Shown piece after piece: positions 30,231 to 43,604 of a stretch of 64,000 nucleotides of DNA; the first letter of the stretch is position 1; each line of letters starts with the position of its first letter. This stretch comes from Acidobacteriota bacterium (lineage in GTDB: Bacteria; Acidobacteriota; Vicinamibacteria; Fen-336), in NCBI GenBank assembly GCA_003223555.1, contig QHVM01000085.1, positions 92,211-156,210 on the forward strand. The letters run 5' to 3'. The notes beneath the pieces are model-generated. The model had not been told where the DNA came from and made no database searches. It saw only the letters and a list, made by a program, of their open reading frames with translations. A program made the position numbers and the translations under genes.

Positions 30231-33029
30231 ATGGCCGAAGCCATCCTCGCCCGGGGCGTCCGCGTCCACAACCTCAAGAACATCGACCTCGCCATCCCCA
30301 CCCGCCGCCTGGTGGTGGTGACGGGGGTCTCCGGGTCGGGAAAGAGCAGCCTGGCCTTCGACACCCTCTACGCGGAGGGCCAGCGCCGCTACGTGGAAAG
30401 CCTCTCGGCCTACGCCCGGCAGTTCCTGGAGCGGATGGAGAAGCCGGAGGTGGACCTGCTCGACGGGATCTGCCCCGCCATCGCCCTGCGCCAGCGGCCT
30501 CCCTCGCGAAACCCGCGCTCCACGGTCGCCACCGCCACGGAGATCCACGACCACCTGCGGCTGCTCTTTGCCCGCGTGGGCCGCACGATCTGCGACTCGT
30601 GCGGCACCCAGGTGACCAAGGACACTGCCGAGTCGGCGGTCGAGCGGCTGCTGGGCTTGCCCGAGAACACGCGGGTGCTGGTGGGTTTTCCCCTGAGCGT
30701 GGGCGGCACGCCGCTGCCGGACCTCTTCGACCGGCTGCAGAAGCGCGGCTTCACGCGGCTGCTGGTCGGCAACGAGGTGACCAGCCTGGAGTCGCTGACC
30801 GCCGAGGGCCTGACGGGGGTGGAGCGCCGCCTCGGCGACCCCCTCGTCATCGTGGTGGACCGCGTCGCCGTCCGGGTCGACGCGCGCTCGCGCCTGACCG
30901 ACTCCCTCGAGACCGCTTTCGCGGAGGGCGGTGGCCAGGCCCTGGCCCAGGTCGTGGACGGACCGCGTCTGCGCTTCTCGGAGGGTTTCGACTGTGCCCG
31001 GTGCGCCCGGGCCTTCGAGGAGCCCCAGCCGCGGCTGTTCTCCTTCAACAATCCCTACGGCGCCTGCGCGACCTGCCACGGGTTCGGGAACCTGATCGAG
31101 ATCGACCAGGACCTCGTCATCCCCGACAAGGAGCGCTCGCTCGGCCAGGGCGTCATCGAGCCCTGGAACAAGCCCCATTACCGCGGGCTGCTGGCGGAGC
31201 TGAAGCGCTTCGCTCGCCGGCGGGGCATCCCCATGGACGTCCCGTGGTCCCGCCTGGCCGAGGAGCACCGGCGGCTCGTGCTCGAAGGCGACGAGGAGTT
31301 CCACGGCGTGGTGGGCTTCTTCCGGTGGCTGGAGACGAAGAAGTACAAGGTCCAGGTCCGCGTGTTCCTGAGCCGCTACCGCGGCTACCAGCTTTGCCCG
31401 GCCTGCGCGGGCGCCCGGCTGCGGCCGGAGGCGCTGCACGTCAAGGTCGGCGGCAAGAGCATCGACGACGTGTGCGCCCTGCCCGTCCGCGAGGCCCAGG
31501 TCTTCCTGGCCGGGCTCGAGCTGGACGAGCGCGAGGCGAAGATCGCCCGCAAGGTGGTGGCCGAGCTGCAGCGGCGATTGCGCTTCTTCGCCGAGGTCGG
31601 CCTCGACTACCTGACGCTCAACCGGCCCTTCGGCACGCTCTCGGGGGGTGAGGCCCAGCGCATCGCCCTCGCCACCTCGCTCGGCACCGGCCTCGTGGGC
31701 ACGCTCTACGTCCTCGACGAGCCGTCGATCGGGCTGCATCCGCGCGATACCGACCGCCTGGTCCGGATCCTCCAGGCCCTGCGCGACCAGGGCAACACGG
31801 TGGTCGTGGTCGAGCACGACCCCGGCATCATGCGGGTGGCCGACCACATCATCGACCTCGGCCCGGGAGCGGGAGAGCAGGGAGGCCGGGTCGTCTTCCA
31901 GGGCAGCCACGCGGAGCTGCTGGAGGACGGACGGAGCCTGACCGGCAAGTACCTGCGCGGCGAGCTGCAGATCCCGGTCCCGGCCAAGCGGCGCCGCGGC
32001 AACGGCCTCGCGCTCGCGATCCGCGGCGCCCGCGAGCACAACCTCAAGAACGTCGACGTGAAGATCCCCCTGGGGGCCTTCACCTGCGTCACCGGCGTCT
32101 CCGGCTCCGGCAAGTCCACGCTCGTCCACGACGTGCTCTGCGCGTCGCTGCTCCGCCGGCAGGGGCGGTGGGACCGCGGGGTGGGGGATCACGACGACGT
32201 CGAAGGGGCCGGCTACGTGGAAGAGCTGGTGCTCGTCGACCAGTCGCCGATCGGTCGCACGCCGCGCTCGAACCCGGTCACGTACCTGAAGGCCTTCGAC
32301 GGTATCCGGGAGCTCTTCGCCTCGACGCGGGAGGCTCGGGACCGGGGGCTCACCGCCGGCCACTTCTCCTTCAACGTCCCCGGGGGGCGGTGTGAAGCCT
32401 GCGGCGGCGACGGCCAGGTGAAGGTCGACATGCAGTTCCTGGCCGACGTGTACCTCGTGTGCGAGGCCTGCGGCGGGCGGCGTTATCGGCCCCCGGTGCT
32501 GGAGGTGCGCTGGCACGGGCGGACGATCGACGAGGTCCTCGACATGACGGTGCACGAGGCCTTGCACTTCTTCGGGGCGCAGCCCAAGGTGGTGCGGCGC
32601 CTCAGGCTCTTCGCCGAGATCGGCCTCGGCTACCTCCGGCTCGGCCAGCCGGCCACCACGCTCTCGGGGGGCGAGGCCCAGCGGGTGAAGCTGGCCGCCC
32701 ACCTGGCCCGCAAGGCGGGCCAGCGGGTGCTCTACGTCCTCGACGAGCCCACCACCGGCCTCCACATGGGCGACGTGGCCGAGCTGCTCCGCTGCTTCCA
32801 GCGCCTGCTGGAGGCCGGAGCGACGCTCGTCGTCATCGAGCACAACATGGACGTGGTGAAGCAGGCGGACTGGGTGGTCGACCTCGGCCCGGAAGGGGGC
32901 GCGGAGGGGGGCCACGTCGTCTTCCAGGGCACGCCCGAGGCGCTGGCGGCCGGCGGCCGGGGGCTCACCAGCCGCTACCTTCGCGAGGCGCTCGAGGGGG
33001 CGGCCCGCCACGCGGCCCTGCGCGGCTGA
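30231..33029 (+). CDS. uvrA: excinuclease ABC subunit A
   Basis: Two ABC ATPase modules ([14 protein letters not shown] ... ; [11 protein letters not shown]), zinc-finger cysteines, and about 940 aa length. Confidence 0.95.
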   Translation: MAEAILARGVRVHNLKNIDLAIPTRRLVVVTGVSGSGKSSLAFDTLYAEGQRRYVESLSAYARQFLERMEKPEVDLLDGICPAIALRQRPPSRNPRSTVATATEIHDHLRLLFARVGRTICDSCGTQVTKDTAESAVERLLGLPENTRVLVGFPLSVGGTPLPDLFDRLQKRGFTRLLVGNEVTSLESLTAEGLTGVERRLGDPLVIVVDRVAVRVDARSRLTDSLETAFAEGGGQALAQVVDGPRLRFSEGFDCARCARAFEEPQPRLFSFNNPYGACATCHGFGNLIEIDQDLVIPDKERSLGQGVIEPWNKPHYRGLLAELKRFARRRGIPMDVPWSRLAEEHRRLVLEGDEEFHGVVGFFRWLETKKYKVQVRVFLSRYRGYQLCPACAGARLRPEALHVKVGGKSIDDVCALPVREAQVFLAGLELDEREAKIARKVVAELQRRLRFFAEVGLDYLTLNRPFGTLSGGEAQRIALATSLGTGLVGTLYVLDEPSIGLHPRDTDRLVRILQALRDQGNTVVVVEHDPGIMRVADHIIDLGPGAGEQGGRVVFQGSHAELLEDGRSLTGKYLRGELQIPVPAKRRRGNGLALAIRGAREHNLKNVDVKIPLGAFTCVTGVSGSGKSTLVHDVLCASLLRRQGRWDRGVGDHDDVEGAGYVEELVLVDQSPIGRTPRSNPVTYLKAFDGIRELFASTREARDRGLTAGHFSFNVPGGRCEACGGDGQVKVDMQFLADVYLVCEACGGRRYRPPVLEVRWHGRTIDEVLDMTVHEALHFFGAQPKVVRRLRLFAEIGLGYLRLGQPATTLSGGEAQRVKLAAHLARKAGQRVLYVLDEPTTGLHMGDVAELLRCFQRLLEAGATLVVIEHNMDVVKQADWVVDLGPEGGAEGGHVVFQGTPEALAAGGRGLTSRYLREALEGAARHAALRG

Positions 33030-33058
33030 AAAGGATTGATCGACATTTCGGTTTTGCT

Positions 33059-34369
33059 ATGATCCGAGACGTGCGCGCCGCCGCCGTCTTCCTCCTCCTC
33101 TTCGCGGCTCCGTCGCTCGGCGCGGCCACCCGGCTCAGCTTCGAAGACCTGCTGGCCAACCTGAAGAGCCCCAACACCAGGACCCGGCAGGAGGCGGCCG
33201 AGGCGCTCGGCAAGAGCCGGCGCAAGGAGGCCGTCGCCCACCTGGCGCCCCTCGTCCATGACCCCGAGGCCAGGGTGCGGCTGGAGGTGGTGAAGGCGCT
33301 GCGGGCCCTGCGCGACCCTTCGGGCGTGCCGGCCCTGGTCACCTCGATGGGCGACGGTGACCCCGGCATCCGCGAGGAGGCGATCGGCACGCTGGTCGAG
33401 ATCTACTCCGATCGCGAGCGCGCCTCGCCCGTGAGCCGGTTCCTGGACCTCTTCTCCGACGAGTTCGACCGCTCCTCGATCCCGCCCTACGCCGTCGTCG
33501 AGCCGGCCGTCATCCAGGCCCTGGCCCGCGCGCTGCGCGACGAGGACAAGGACATCCGTGAGGAGGCCGCCCTCGCCCTCGGCATCCTCAACGGCACCGC
33601 GGCCCTGCGCGACCTGACGGCCGCCCTCCAGGACCCGGAGCCGGGCGTGCGGGGCGCCGCGGCCACCGCCATCGGCAAGATCGGCACGCTCCAGGAGGGC
33701 CGGGCCCTCGTCCCGCTCCTGTCCGACCCCGCCTCGTCGGTGCGCAACCGCGCCCTGCAAGCGATCGGCGTGCTGAAGGTGAGGGAGGCGGGCCCCGCGC
33801 TCCGCGAGATGTACGAAGCGAACCGGCGCAAGGAGCTGGGGTTCCGCGTGCTCGACGCGCTCACCCGCGTGGGCGACCCCGCCCAGGCCGACCTCTTCCA
33901 GCAGATCGTGCAGGATCCCGATCCCGAGAAGCGGCGGCTGGCCGTCGAGGGGCTGGGCCGGATCTCCGACGCCTCGCGCCTCGACGCCTTCAAGAAGGAC
34001 TACCAGCGCGAGCGCAGCGACGAGGTGAAGCTCGCCTACAGCTTCGCCCTCGCGCGCATGGGTGACCGCGCGTTCCTGGACAGCATCGTCCTCAGCCTTC
34101 CCTCGCGCAGCCTGGGCCCGCGAGCCCGCGGCTACCTGCTGGAGATGGGCCGCGGCGTGGTCGGCGACCTTTACCAGTACCTGAGCGACCCGGACGCCGA
34201 GGTCCGCGCCGGCCTCTGCGACGTCCTCGGCCAGATCGGCGACGGGGAGACCATCCGGCGCCTGACCCCGCTGCTGGCCGACCCGAGCGGCGGCGTGGTC
34301 GACCGGGCCACCCGCGCCATCGAACGGCTGCGCCGCGCGACCTCGGGCTCGCCTGCTCCTCCCGCGTGA
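33059..34369 (+). CDS. secreted HEAT-repeat (PBS-lyase type) protein
   Basis: Signal peptide, then more than 10 HEAT-like repeats (..D.D..VR..A..ALG.IG...A...L..LL.D). Confidence 0.65.
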   Translation: MIRDVRAAAVFLLLFAAPSLGAATRLSFEDLLANLKSPNTRTRQEAAEALGKSRRKEAVAHLAPLVHDPEARVRLEVVKALRALRDPSGVPALVTSMGDGDPGIREEAIGTLVEIYSDRERASPVSRFLDLFSDEFDRSSIPPYAVVEPAVIQALARALRDEDKDIREEAALALGILNGTAALRDLTAALQDPEPGVRGAAATAIGKIGTLQEGRALVPLLSDPASSVRNRALQAIGVLKVREAGPALREMYEANRRKELGFRVLDALTRVGDPAQADLFQQIVQDPDPEKRRLAVEGLGRISDASRLDAFKKDYQRERSDEVKLAYSFALARMGDRAFLDSIVLSLPSRSLGPRARGYLLEMGRGVVGDLYQYLSDPDAEVRAGLCDVLGQIGDGETIRRLTPLLADPSGGVVDRATRAIERLRRATSGSPAPPA

Positions 34370-35343
34370 GCCGGCGGGCGGGCCGCGCGGTGGCGGGCCT
34401 GCTCCTCCTCCTCTCCGGCGCCCGATGCCAGGCTCGCTCCACCACGTCGGGCGGCTCCGCCACGGCCACGACCCGCGAAGCGGAGGAGGCCCGGGCGCTC
34501 ATCGACAAGGGAGACGCCGACGGCGCCCTCGCCCGCCTGAAGGGCGCCGGTGACCCTGACTCCCTCTACCTGCAGGGCCGGGCGTGGGCGAAGAAAGCCG
34601 AGTCGGCCCCCCTGCCCACCCCCCCGCCTCCGGAGTCGCCGCTGCCGAAGGGCGCCCTGCCGCCCTCGGCGCCGGAGTTCAAGCCGGAGGAGCGCCAGGC
34701 CGTCGAGCTGCTGGAGAAAGCGGCGGCGGCGCGCCCTGACCTGGCCGCGGCGCACCTCACGCTGGGGCAGGTCCTCGCCCCCCACGCCATCCGCCAGCAC
34801 GAGCGCGAGCGTGAGGCCCTGGCGCGCCGACCGGCCGGCCGTCGTTCGCCGGAGCCGCCGCCGACGCCGGAACCCGGCATCGACTATAGCCCCGAGCGCG
34901 TCGTCCGCGAGTACGGCCTGGCCATCCGCGGCGATACGAGCCGGGTCCCGGTGGACGCCATGATCGGCTTCGCCGTGAAGGCCGGCCGCCTGGACGACGC
35001 CGAGGTCGGGTATCAGGAGCTCGTGCGCCGGATCAAGGAAAGCGGGGAGCCCTTCGCGCTCTACGGCGACTTCCTCGCTCAGGAGAAGAAGGACCCGGTG
35101 GCGGCGATCGAGCAGTACAAGCAGGCCCTCATCTGGCGTCCCGACGACGAGGCGACACGGGTCAAGCTGGCCGCCATCTACCTCTCGCGGGGGGTCGCGT
35201 TCTTCGACAAGCGGCAGTATTCGCTGGCCGAGACCCAGTTCACCGAGGCGGCCAAGTACGTGACCGACCGTGGCTCGGAGCAGGGCCGCATCCTCGAGCA
35301 GCACCAGGCGAAGCTGCGCGACATCCGCGGCACGACCCGCTAG
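34366..35343 (+). CDS. secreted TPR-like protein
   Basis: Signal peptide, Pro-rich linker, then TPR-like helical repeats. Overlaps the preceding gene's stop. Confidence 0.5.
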   Translation: MSRRAGRAVAGLLLLLSGARCQARSTTSGGSATATTREAEEARALIDKGDADGALARLKGAGDPDSLYLQGRAWAKKAESAPLPTPPPPESPLPKGALPPSAPEFKPEERQAVELLEKAAAARPDLAAAHLTLGQVLAPHAIRQHEREREALARRPAGRRSPEPPPTPEPGIDYSPERVVREYGLAIRGDTSRVPVDAMIGFAVKAGRLDDAEVGYQELVRRIKESGEPFALYGDFLAQEKKDPVAAIEQYKQALIWRPDDEATRVKLAAIYLSRGVAFFDKRQYSLAETQFTEAAKYVTDRGSEQGRILEQHQAKLRDIRGTTR

Positions 35344-35345
35344 CG

Positions 35346-35765
35346 TCACTCACTGACGCTGGTGAAGTCCCGCAGGACGTCGGCGGAGTCGAAGTAGAGG
35401 AAGTAGATCATGTCGCCGACCTGAACGACCCGGGTCTGCGGCCACTTCGATCCCTTCCGAAGGACCTCGGCGGCCCGGGCGGAGCCCCACCGGGCCGCGG
35501 CCTGGCGAAGGGCCGGCTCGCCGGAAGGAGAACCCAGGAGCTGCCCTCCTTCCGCGCGGAGCCCCTCGAGCACCGGCGCGACCGTCGGGTGCTTCTCCAG
35601 CAAGCGCGTCAGGCGCCCCTCGTGAAGGGACGACCGGCGGTAGTTGTAGGCCCAACCGCCGAGCAGGAGCACGACGAACAGGATCCCCGTCGTGACCAGG
35701 GACGCGGCAAGGGTGAACAGGAACCGCTTTGGAGCTTCTTCGGCCACGGTCTTGGAATTAGACAC
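35346..35765 (-). CDS. membrane-anchored hypothetical protein
   Basis: A single N-terminal transmembrane helix and a 139-aa ORF with plausible codon usage. No recognised motif. Confidence 0.45.
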   Translation of the reverse strand: MSNSKTVAEEAPKRFLFTLAASLVTTGILFVVLLLGGWAYNYRRSSLHEGRLTRLLEKHPTVAPVLEGLRAEGGQLLGSPSGEPALRQAAARWGSARAAEVLRKGSKWPQTRVVQVGDMIYFLYFDSADVLRDFTSVSE

Positions 35766-35880
35766 TCACGCGCGGCCATGGTTCCGGGGGCCGGACGTGG
35801 CGCCGCGCACATGGCTTTCGCGGGGCTGACGCGGCTCTGGCGTACCGTTCCCGTCCGTTTGCGTCTGGGCGGGCCGGCCG

Positions 35881-36369
35881 CTAGGACGGATTGTGCCCGA
35901 ACCCGTTCTCGTCGATGTACACGAACGCGCTCTCGTGGGGGGTGCCCGCGGTGTCGAGGACGGTCACGAAGTCGGTGAGGTTCTGTCCTCCGACGATGAG
36001 GCGGCCCGCCGTGATGCCGCCGAACTCGGTGTCGCGAAGGTAGGGGTCGTAGATCGCCACGACGTAGGGGTCGTCCTTGGGCGGGTAGTTGACGGGCACG
36101 TTGTGGATCACCCCTCGCCAGGCGAAGCCGCTCAGGCGCTGCAGCAGGATGCCCTGGCCGGTCGGCAACCAGCTGGCCAGGAACGCCACGTTGTCGTTGC
36201 AGTTGCTGGAGGAGTAGCAGACGTTCGGCTGCCGGTACTCGACCGTCACGTCCACGAGCGTGGGACGGAGGACCGGGCTGGCGTCCTCGGGCCCGGTCTG
36301 GTGGAAGCTGTAACAGCCGGCCGACAAGAGGCTGCCCGCGAGGAACAGCTTGAACGAGAGTGGTCGCAT
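35881..36369 (-). CDS. lipoprotein of unknown function
   Basis: Signal peptide with lipobox LLSAGC. Only the 3' 489 nt of the 572-aa ORF is used, because the rest is antisense to the sigma-54 activator gene. Confidence 0.55.
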   Translation of the reverse strand: MRPLSFKLFLAGSLLSAGCYSFHQTGPEDASPVLRPTLVDVTVEYRQPNVCYSSSNCNDNVAFLASWLPTGQGILLQRLSGFAWRGVIHNVPVNYPPKDDPYVVAIYDPYLRDTEFGGITAGRLIVGGQNLTDFVTVLDTAGTPHESAFVYIDENGFGHNPS

Positions 36370-36456
36370 ACCTTTGAGACGCACGACTTCCACCGGCGGC
36401 CGCTCGCGGCCGAGCGGTTGCCGCCATTTTCGGCCCGATGATACCATGCGCTGCTC

Positions 36457-37827
36457 ATGCCCCACCGCGACGGCGCCACCCTCATCATCGACGACGACGA
36501 GGCGGTCCGGCGCACCTGTGTGGAGATGCTCCGGGCGCGGGGCCACCAGACGCTGGCCGCCGCCTCGGTCGGCGAGGGTCTCCGGCTCTTCGGGGAGCGG
36601 CACCCGGCGGCGGTGCTCTTGGACCTGAAGCTTCCCGACGGCGCCGGCATCGACGTCCTGCGGGAGCTGCAGCGGCAATCGCCCGGCACCCCGGTCGTGG
36701 TGATCTCCGGCTTCGGCAGCGTCACCGAGGCGGTCGAAGCGATGCGGATGGGCGCCACCGACTACATCGAGAAGCCCATCTCCCGCGACCGGCTGTTCCG
36801 ACTCATGGACCGGATCCTCCAGCGCCCCCTGCCCGGCGGCGAGACCGACCCGGAGACGGTGGCCGACGGCTCGCGCTACGGCATGGTCGGCCGCTCGGAG
36901 CCGATGCGCCGGATCTATCAGCTCGTCGAGATGGCGGCCCCCACGAAATGCCGGGTGTTCATCTCCGGCGAGAGCGGGACGGGCAAGGAGCTGATCGCCC
37001 ATGCCATCCACGCCCGCTCTCCGCGGCGCGAACACCCGTTCATCGAGCTGAACTGCGCCGCCATCCCGGGCGAGCTGATCGAGAGCGAGATGTTCGGCCA
37101 CGTGAAAGGGTCCTTCACGGGGGCGGTGACCGACCGCAAGGGCCGGTTCGAAACGGCCCACGGCGGCACGCTGTTCCTGGACGAGATCGGGGACATGAGC
37201 CTGATGACGCAGGCCAAGCTCCTCCGCGTCCTCCAGGAAGGTGTCGTGACCCCGGTCGGCAGCTCCGAGACCCGCCCGGTGGACGTGCGCATCCTCTGCG
37301 CCACGAGCAAGAATCTCCAGGAAGAGATCGCCCAGGGCCGGTTCCGCGAGGACCTGTACCACCGCATCAACGTCCTCACGATCGCGGTTCCGCCGCTGCG
37401 CTCTCGCCGGGAGGACATCCCCGAGCTGGCCGAGCACTTCCTCCGCCTCTCCAGCGTCGAGAACGGCGTCAAGCCGAAGCGGCTGTCTCCGCGCGCGATG
37501 GATTTCCTCGTCCAGCTCCCCTGGCAGGGCAACGTGCGCGAGCTGCGGAACCTCATGGAGCGCGTCGTCGTGCTCGTCACCAAGGAGGTGGTGGGGCATT
37601 CCGACCTCATGGCGGTGCTCAACATGTCGGCGGCGGCCGCCGAAGAAGGTCCCCTCCCGCTGCGCGAGGCGCGGGCCCGCTTCGAGCGGCAGTACATCCT
37701 CTACCGCCTCTCCGCCAACGGCGGCAACCTGGGCGACACCGCGCGCGAGCTGGGGATCGAGCGGACGAACCTCTACCGGAAGATGAAGCAGCTCGGTATC
37801 CAGACGCGGCCGCGCCCGCGGCAGTGA
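36457..37827 (+). CDS. sigma-54-dependent response regulator (NtrC family)
   Basis: Receiver domain, AAA+ sigma-54 interaction domain (GESGTGKE, GAFTGA-like GSFTGA, ESELFGH-like ESEMFGH) and a C-terminal Fis-type HTH. Confidence 0.9.
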   Translation: MPHRDGATLIIDDDEAVRRTCVEMLRARGHQTLAAASVGEGLRLFGERHPAAVLLDLKLPDGAGIDVLRELQRQSPGTPVVVISGFGSVTEAVEAMRMGATDYIEKPISRDRLFRLMDRILQRPLPGGETDPETVADGSRYGMVGRSEPMRRIYQLVEMAAPTKCRVFISGESGTGKELIAHAIHARSPRREHPFIELNCAAIPGELIESEMFGHVKGSFTGAVTDRKGRFETAHGGTLFLDEIGDMSLMTQAKLLRVLQEGVVTPVGSSETRPVDVRILCATSKNLQEEIAQGRFREDLYHRINVLTIAVPPLRSRREDIPELAEHFLRLSSVENGVKPKRLSPRAMDFLVQLPWQGNVRELRNLMERVVVLVTKEVVGHSDLMAVLNMSAAAAEEGPLPLREARARFERQYILYRLSANGGNLGDTARELGIERTNLYRKMKQLGIQTRPRPRQ

Positions 37828-37941
37828 TGTTGCGCGGATGATAATCGGACGTTGAGCTTACGCATCAATCGTAGCCGCCCCGCGATGGGGCTGCGGCGAA
37901 CAAGCTCAATACATCCAAGTAGTTGCTGCCATTCGGGCTGC

Positions 37942-37958
37942 CTGGCATGGATCCTGCT
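37942..37958 (+). promoter_or_regulatory. candidate sigma-54 (-24/-12) promoter upstream of gmd
   Basis: TGGCATGGATCCTGCT matches TGGCAC-N5-TTGC with correct GG/GC spacing. It lies in a 370-bp gap downstream of the NtrC-family gene and about 250 nt upstream of gmd. Confidence 0.3.
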
Positions 37959-38178
37959 GCCTGTCGTAGTGGACAAGGGATCGCGTAGCCGGACAGCACA
38001 TCGTCGGCGCGTCGGGACCTTCCGCGGTGAACGGCGGGGTTTGGAGGGAGCCACGTCGGGAAGCGCGGGAACGACCGGTCGAGCGACCGGCCGGGGATCT
38101 TCGAGGCGCGGGCGGGTTGTTCGGCAACCGCGGTCCCTTTCCTTTGCTCTATACCTAGCTCCTTCCCAACCTTTTTGA

Positions 38179-40351
<2,173 letters not shown>

Positions 40352-40355
<4 letters not shown>

Positions 40356-41065
40356 GCGCTCACCACCGTGCGGACACGCCGGGCCAGCACCCCCCGGCGC
40401 TCGCGGAGGCGCTTCCGCCTCTCGCGGAGACCCTCCCGGAGGCGCTCGAGCGGCCGCAGCGGCGCCGTCACCACCCTGACCCGTCCGGAACGGATGGCGG
40501 CGAAGACCGCGGGGACCGTCCGGGCCGGCGCTTCCAGGATCGTGTAGGTCGTGCCGAGCTGCCAGAGGCGGTGGCAGTCGGAGGTCCCCACGAGGGGCAG
40601 CTCCATCCGGCGCGCATACTCGACCGCCCTCCGGTTGAAATCCCAGGTACGCGTATAGAAGTGCGAGAACTCGATCGCGTCGAACAGGTCCAGGTTCTCG
40701 CGCAGCTTGCCGTTCAGGCACTTGGGGGCGGGGAAGAAGGGGTGGGGCGCGATGACGAGGCCGCCCTCCTGCTTCAGCTTCCGGACGTGGTCGAAGCTGC
40801 GGACCCGCAGCCGGGAGTACGGCATGTCGAGGAGCAGCGTGTGCTTGCCTTCGATGGCCGCCTCCACGCCGGGGATCAGCAGGATGCCGAGGCCCTCGGC
40901 CCGCCGCCGCAGCTCCTCGGTATGGATCCGCTTGTTGTGGCAGGTGAAGGCCAGGACGTCGAAGCCCTGCCGGGCGGCCTCCTCCAGCAGCTCCAGCGCG
41001 GTGTAGCGGATGAAGTCGTGGGGGTCTTCGCGGGTGTGGATGTGGAAGTCCGCCTTGAGGAGCAC
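40352..41065 (-). CDS. PHP-domain metal-dependent phosphoesterase
   Basis: N-terminal ADFHIHT and later His/Asp PHP motifs (TCHN, DCH). Confidence 0.75.
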
Positions 41066-41093
41066 GCTCCCTCCGGGACAGCGAAACTCCAGT

Positions 41094-42782
41094 CTAACCC
41101 AACTCCTCCAGGGCCTGGACGCCCTTCCGCATCGGGGCCCAGAAGGTCACCGCGCTGAGCCCGACCGCGACGGCGGCGCAGAGGCCCATCCAGAGCCATT
41201 CCCCGGGGGCCAGGGACGTTTCGCGGAAGCGGTGCCAGAAGTAGACCGAGGAGGGCCAGGCCAGCAGGGCGATCATGGCCAGGATGTAGAGGACGGCCAG
41301 GACCATGAACGCGATCCCGCCGTAGGAGGCGGCCACCTGGGTCGTGTTCTCGGCGTTGAAGCGCGGGTACTGCGCCCCCATGCCGGTGGCCAGGCCCACG
41401 AGGGCGAAGCTCATGAAGAAGATCGCCACCGCGCCCACGGCGCGCAGCACCGGATCCGCGCCGAGGAAGTGGTTCGACACCACGGTGAGGGCCTCGGCCA
41501 TCAGCAGGATCGGCACGAGACCGGTCCAGAACTTGGACCACAGGAAGCTGCGCATCGGCACCGGCGCGCTGCGGATGATCCAGAAGGCCGGACCCTCCGC
41601 GGAGACGGCGGGGAAGACGAAGCGGACCGCCACCGCGGAGAGCACGAAGGCGGCCATGCCCAGGTTCACGAAGGCGTAGATGTTCTTGACCATCGCCCCC
41701 ATGTAGGGGATGCGCTCGAGGTCGAGGACCCGGAAGTTGTAGAGGTAGACCAGCACGAGGGCGACGAGCAGCAACAGCTGCGACCACTGCGTCGTGTCGC
41801 GCAGGAAGACCTTCAGGTCTTTCAGGAGGAGGCTCCGGCGCAGGGGGCCTCCGGGCAGGGCGCGGGCCAGGACATCCAGGGCCCGCCCGCGCGTGAAGCG
41901 GGCCTTGCGCGCTTCCTGGGCCTTGGTCCAGCCCGAAAAGTACCAGCGGTCGAAGGCGGCGCGGGCCAGCACGGTCAAGGCCAGCGCCGTCGTCGACAGG
42001 GCGCCGGCGTGCAGCCAGTCGACCCCGCCCCGCAGGGCCGTGAAGACCGTCTCGCCCGCCCAGAATGACGGGAGCAGGGGCGTCACCGGCGACTGCAGCG
42101 TGGCGAAGAACGCGGTGAGGTCGGGCAGGGTTTCGATGCTCAGCAGGCGTTCCGGGCGCAGGAAACGGAGCATCAGGACGAGGCTGACCGCGAAGAGCAG
42201 CCCCATGAGCATGAGGACGTCGCGGGCCCGCCGGGCCGGGAAGACGTTGACGAGGAAGAGCGTGACGACCGACCCGAGCGCCACCGGGATCACCACGAAG
42301 GGGAGCAGGCTCAGCAGGCCGACCGCGTAGTACAGGGGTCCCGCGCAGCGGGCCATGCCGACCGCGAGCAGCACCGGGGGCATGAAGGTCACCACCATCC
42401 ACGACGCCTGGGCCACGGTCTTGACGAAGCAGGAATAGAAGAGCCGGGTCCGGGAGACCGGGGCGGCCACGAGCAGCCGGAGGTCCTCGGAGAGGAAGAA
42501 GGTCGAGAGCGCGGTGACGACCCCGCTGAAGGCCAGGAAGGACAGGAAGGTCAGGAAGAGCCACGAGAGGCCGAGCCGGATCAGGTAGTCGCCGAGCTCC
42601 TCGTAGTAGTCGAGCTGCCAGGTGAGCCAGAAGACGACCGCGAAGATCACGGCCGCCACGCCGAGGCCGATGCCTCCGAAGAGGACCACCCGCGCGGAAT
42701 CACCCGGCTCCCGATGCCGGGCGCGGTTGCGCGCCGCCCACAGCGTGGGCAGGAGCAGGTAGGGAAAAGGCTGGCTCGTCAC
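41094..42782 (-). CDS. ABC-2-type exporter permease (large multi-helix membrane subunit)
   Basis: At least 10 predicted transmembrane helices, immediately downstream (same strand) of an ABC ATPase gene. Confidence 0.6.
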   Translation of the reverse strand: MTSQPFPYLLLPTLWAARNRARHREPGDSARVVLFGGIGLGVAAVIFAVVFWLTWQLDYYEELGDYLIRLGLSWLFLTFLSFLAFSGVVTALSTFFLSEDLRLLVAAPVSRTRLFYSCFVKTVAQASWMVVTFMPPVLLAVGMARCAGPLYYAVGLLSLLPFVVIPVALGSVVTLFLVNVFPARRARDVLMLMGLLFAVSLVLMLRFLRPERLLSIETLPDLTAFFATLQSPVTPLLPSFWAGETVFTALRGGVDWLHAGALSTTALALTVLARAAFDRWYFSGWTKAQEARKARFTRGRALDVLARALPGGPLRRSLLLKDLKVFLRDTTQWSQLLLLVALVLVYLYNFRVLDLERIPYMGAMVKNIYAFVNLGMAAFVLSAVAVRFVFPAVSAEGPAFWIIRSAPVPMRSFLWSKFWTGLVPILLMAEALTVVSNHFLGADPVLRAVGAVAIFFMSFALVGLATGMGAQYPRFNAENTTQVAASYGGIAFMVLAVLYILAMIALLAWPSSVYFWHRFRETSLAPGEWLWMGLCAAVAVGLSAVTFWAPMRKGVQALEELG

Positions 42783-42851
42783 GGTCAGGCGGCCAGCGGG
42801 AAGCAGGAGTACCGCGCGCCCTGGACGTCGAGAGGACGACGTGCCGAGCGC

Positions 42852-43604
42852 TTAGAGGTCTTCATCGATCTCTTGCAGCCCCGCCCCCCCGGTGAGCTTC
42901 AGGAAGACCGGCGTGAGGCGCTCGTCGGCGGTGCCGGCCAGCCGGCCCAGCTCCTCGACCGTGCCCCGGGCGATGATGCGGCCCTTCTGGATGATGCTGA
43001 TGCGGTCGCACATCTCCTGCGCGACCTCGAGGGTATGCGTGCTCATCAGGATGGCCACCCCGCGCCCGCTCATGTGGTGGAAGACCTGCTTGATGAGGCG
43101 CGCTCCCCGGGGGTCCAGCCCCACCATCGGCTCGTCCACCAGCACCGCCCGCGGGCGATGGAGGAAGGCCGCGCACATCACCAGGCGCTGCTTCATGCCG
43201 TGGGAGAAGCTCTCCACCAGCTCGCCCTCCCACCGGGTCAGCTCGAACAGCTCCAGCATCTCGGCGGCTCGGCGGCCGATGCCGTCGCCGTCCATGCCGT
43301 AGAGTCCCCCGTGGAAGCGGAGGAACTCGCTGGCGGTGAGCTTCTCGTAGATGAAGGGGCGGTCGGGGATGAAGCCCAGCGAGGCCTTGGCGGTTTCGGG
43401 GCGGGTGGCCAGGTCCGCGCCGTCGATGACCACCCGGCCGGAGTCGGGCTTGAGCAGCCCGGCGATGATGCGGATGGTCGTCGTCTTGCCCGCCCCGTTG
43501 GGCCCCAGGAAGCCGTGGATCTCGCCCGGCGCCACGTCCAGGCTGACGCCGTCCACGGCAGTGAAGGGGCCGTACTTCTTGACCAGGTCCTCGACGAGGA
43601 TCAT
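42852..43604 (-). CDS. ABC transporter ATP-binding protein (ABC-2 family)
   Basis: Walker A GPNGAGKTT, signature FSHGMKQRL, Walker B VLVDEP. Confidence 0.9.
   Translation of the reverse strand: MILVEDLVKKYGPFTAVDGVSLDVAPGEIHGFLGPNGAGKTTTIRIIAGLLKPDSGRVVIDGADLATRPETAKASLGFIPDRPFIYEKLTASEFLRFHGGLYGMDGDGIGRRAAEMLELFELTRWEGELVESFSHGMKQRLVMCAAFLHRPRAVLVDEPMVGLDPRGARLIKQVFHHMSGRGVAILMSTHTLEVAQEMCDRISIIQKGRIIARGTVEELGRLAGTADERLTPVFLKLTGGAGLQEIDEDL

Noticed and set aside
29763-33011. 1082-aa minus-strand ORF
   Set aside because: It is antisense to uvrA, and uvrA's ABC and zinc-finger motifs make the plus strand the real gene.
36370-37599. Upstream part of the 572-aa minus-strand ORF 35881..37599
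   Set aside because: It is antisense to the sigma-54 activator gene. Only the 162-codon lipoprotein portion (35881-36369) was retained.
37852-38178. 108-aa plus-strand ORF in the gap between the sigma-54 activator gene and gmd
   Set aside because: The sequence is Ser/Arg/Gly-rich and junk-like with no RBS. The region is better explained as a regulatory spacer with a sigma-54 promoter candidate.
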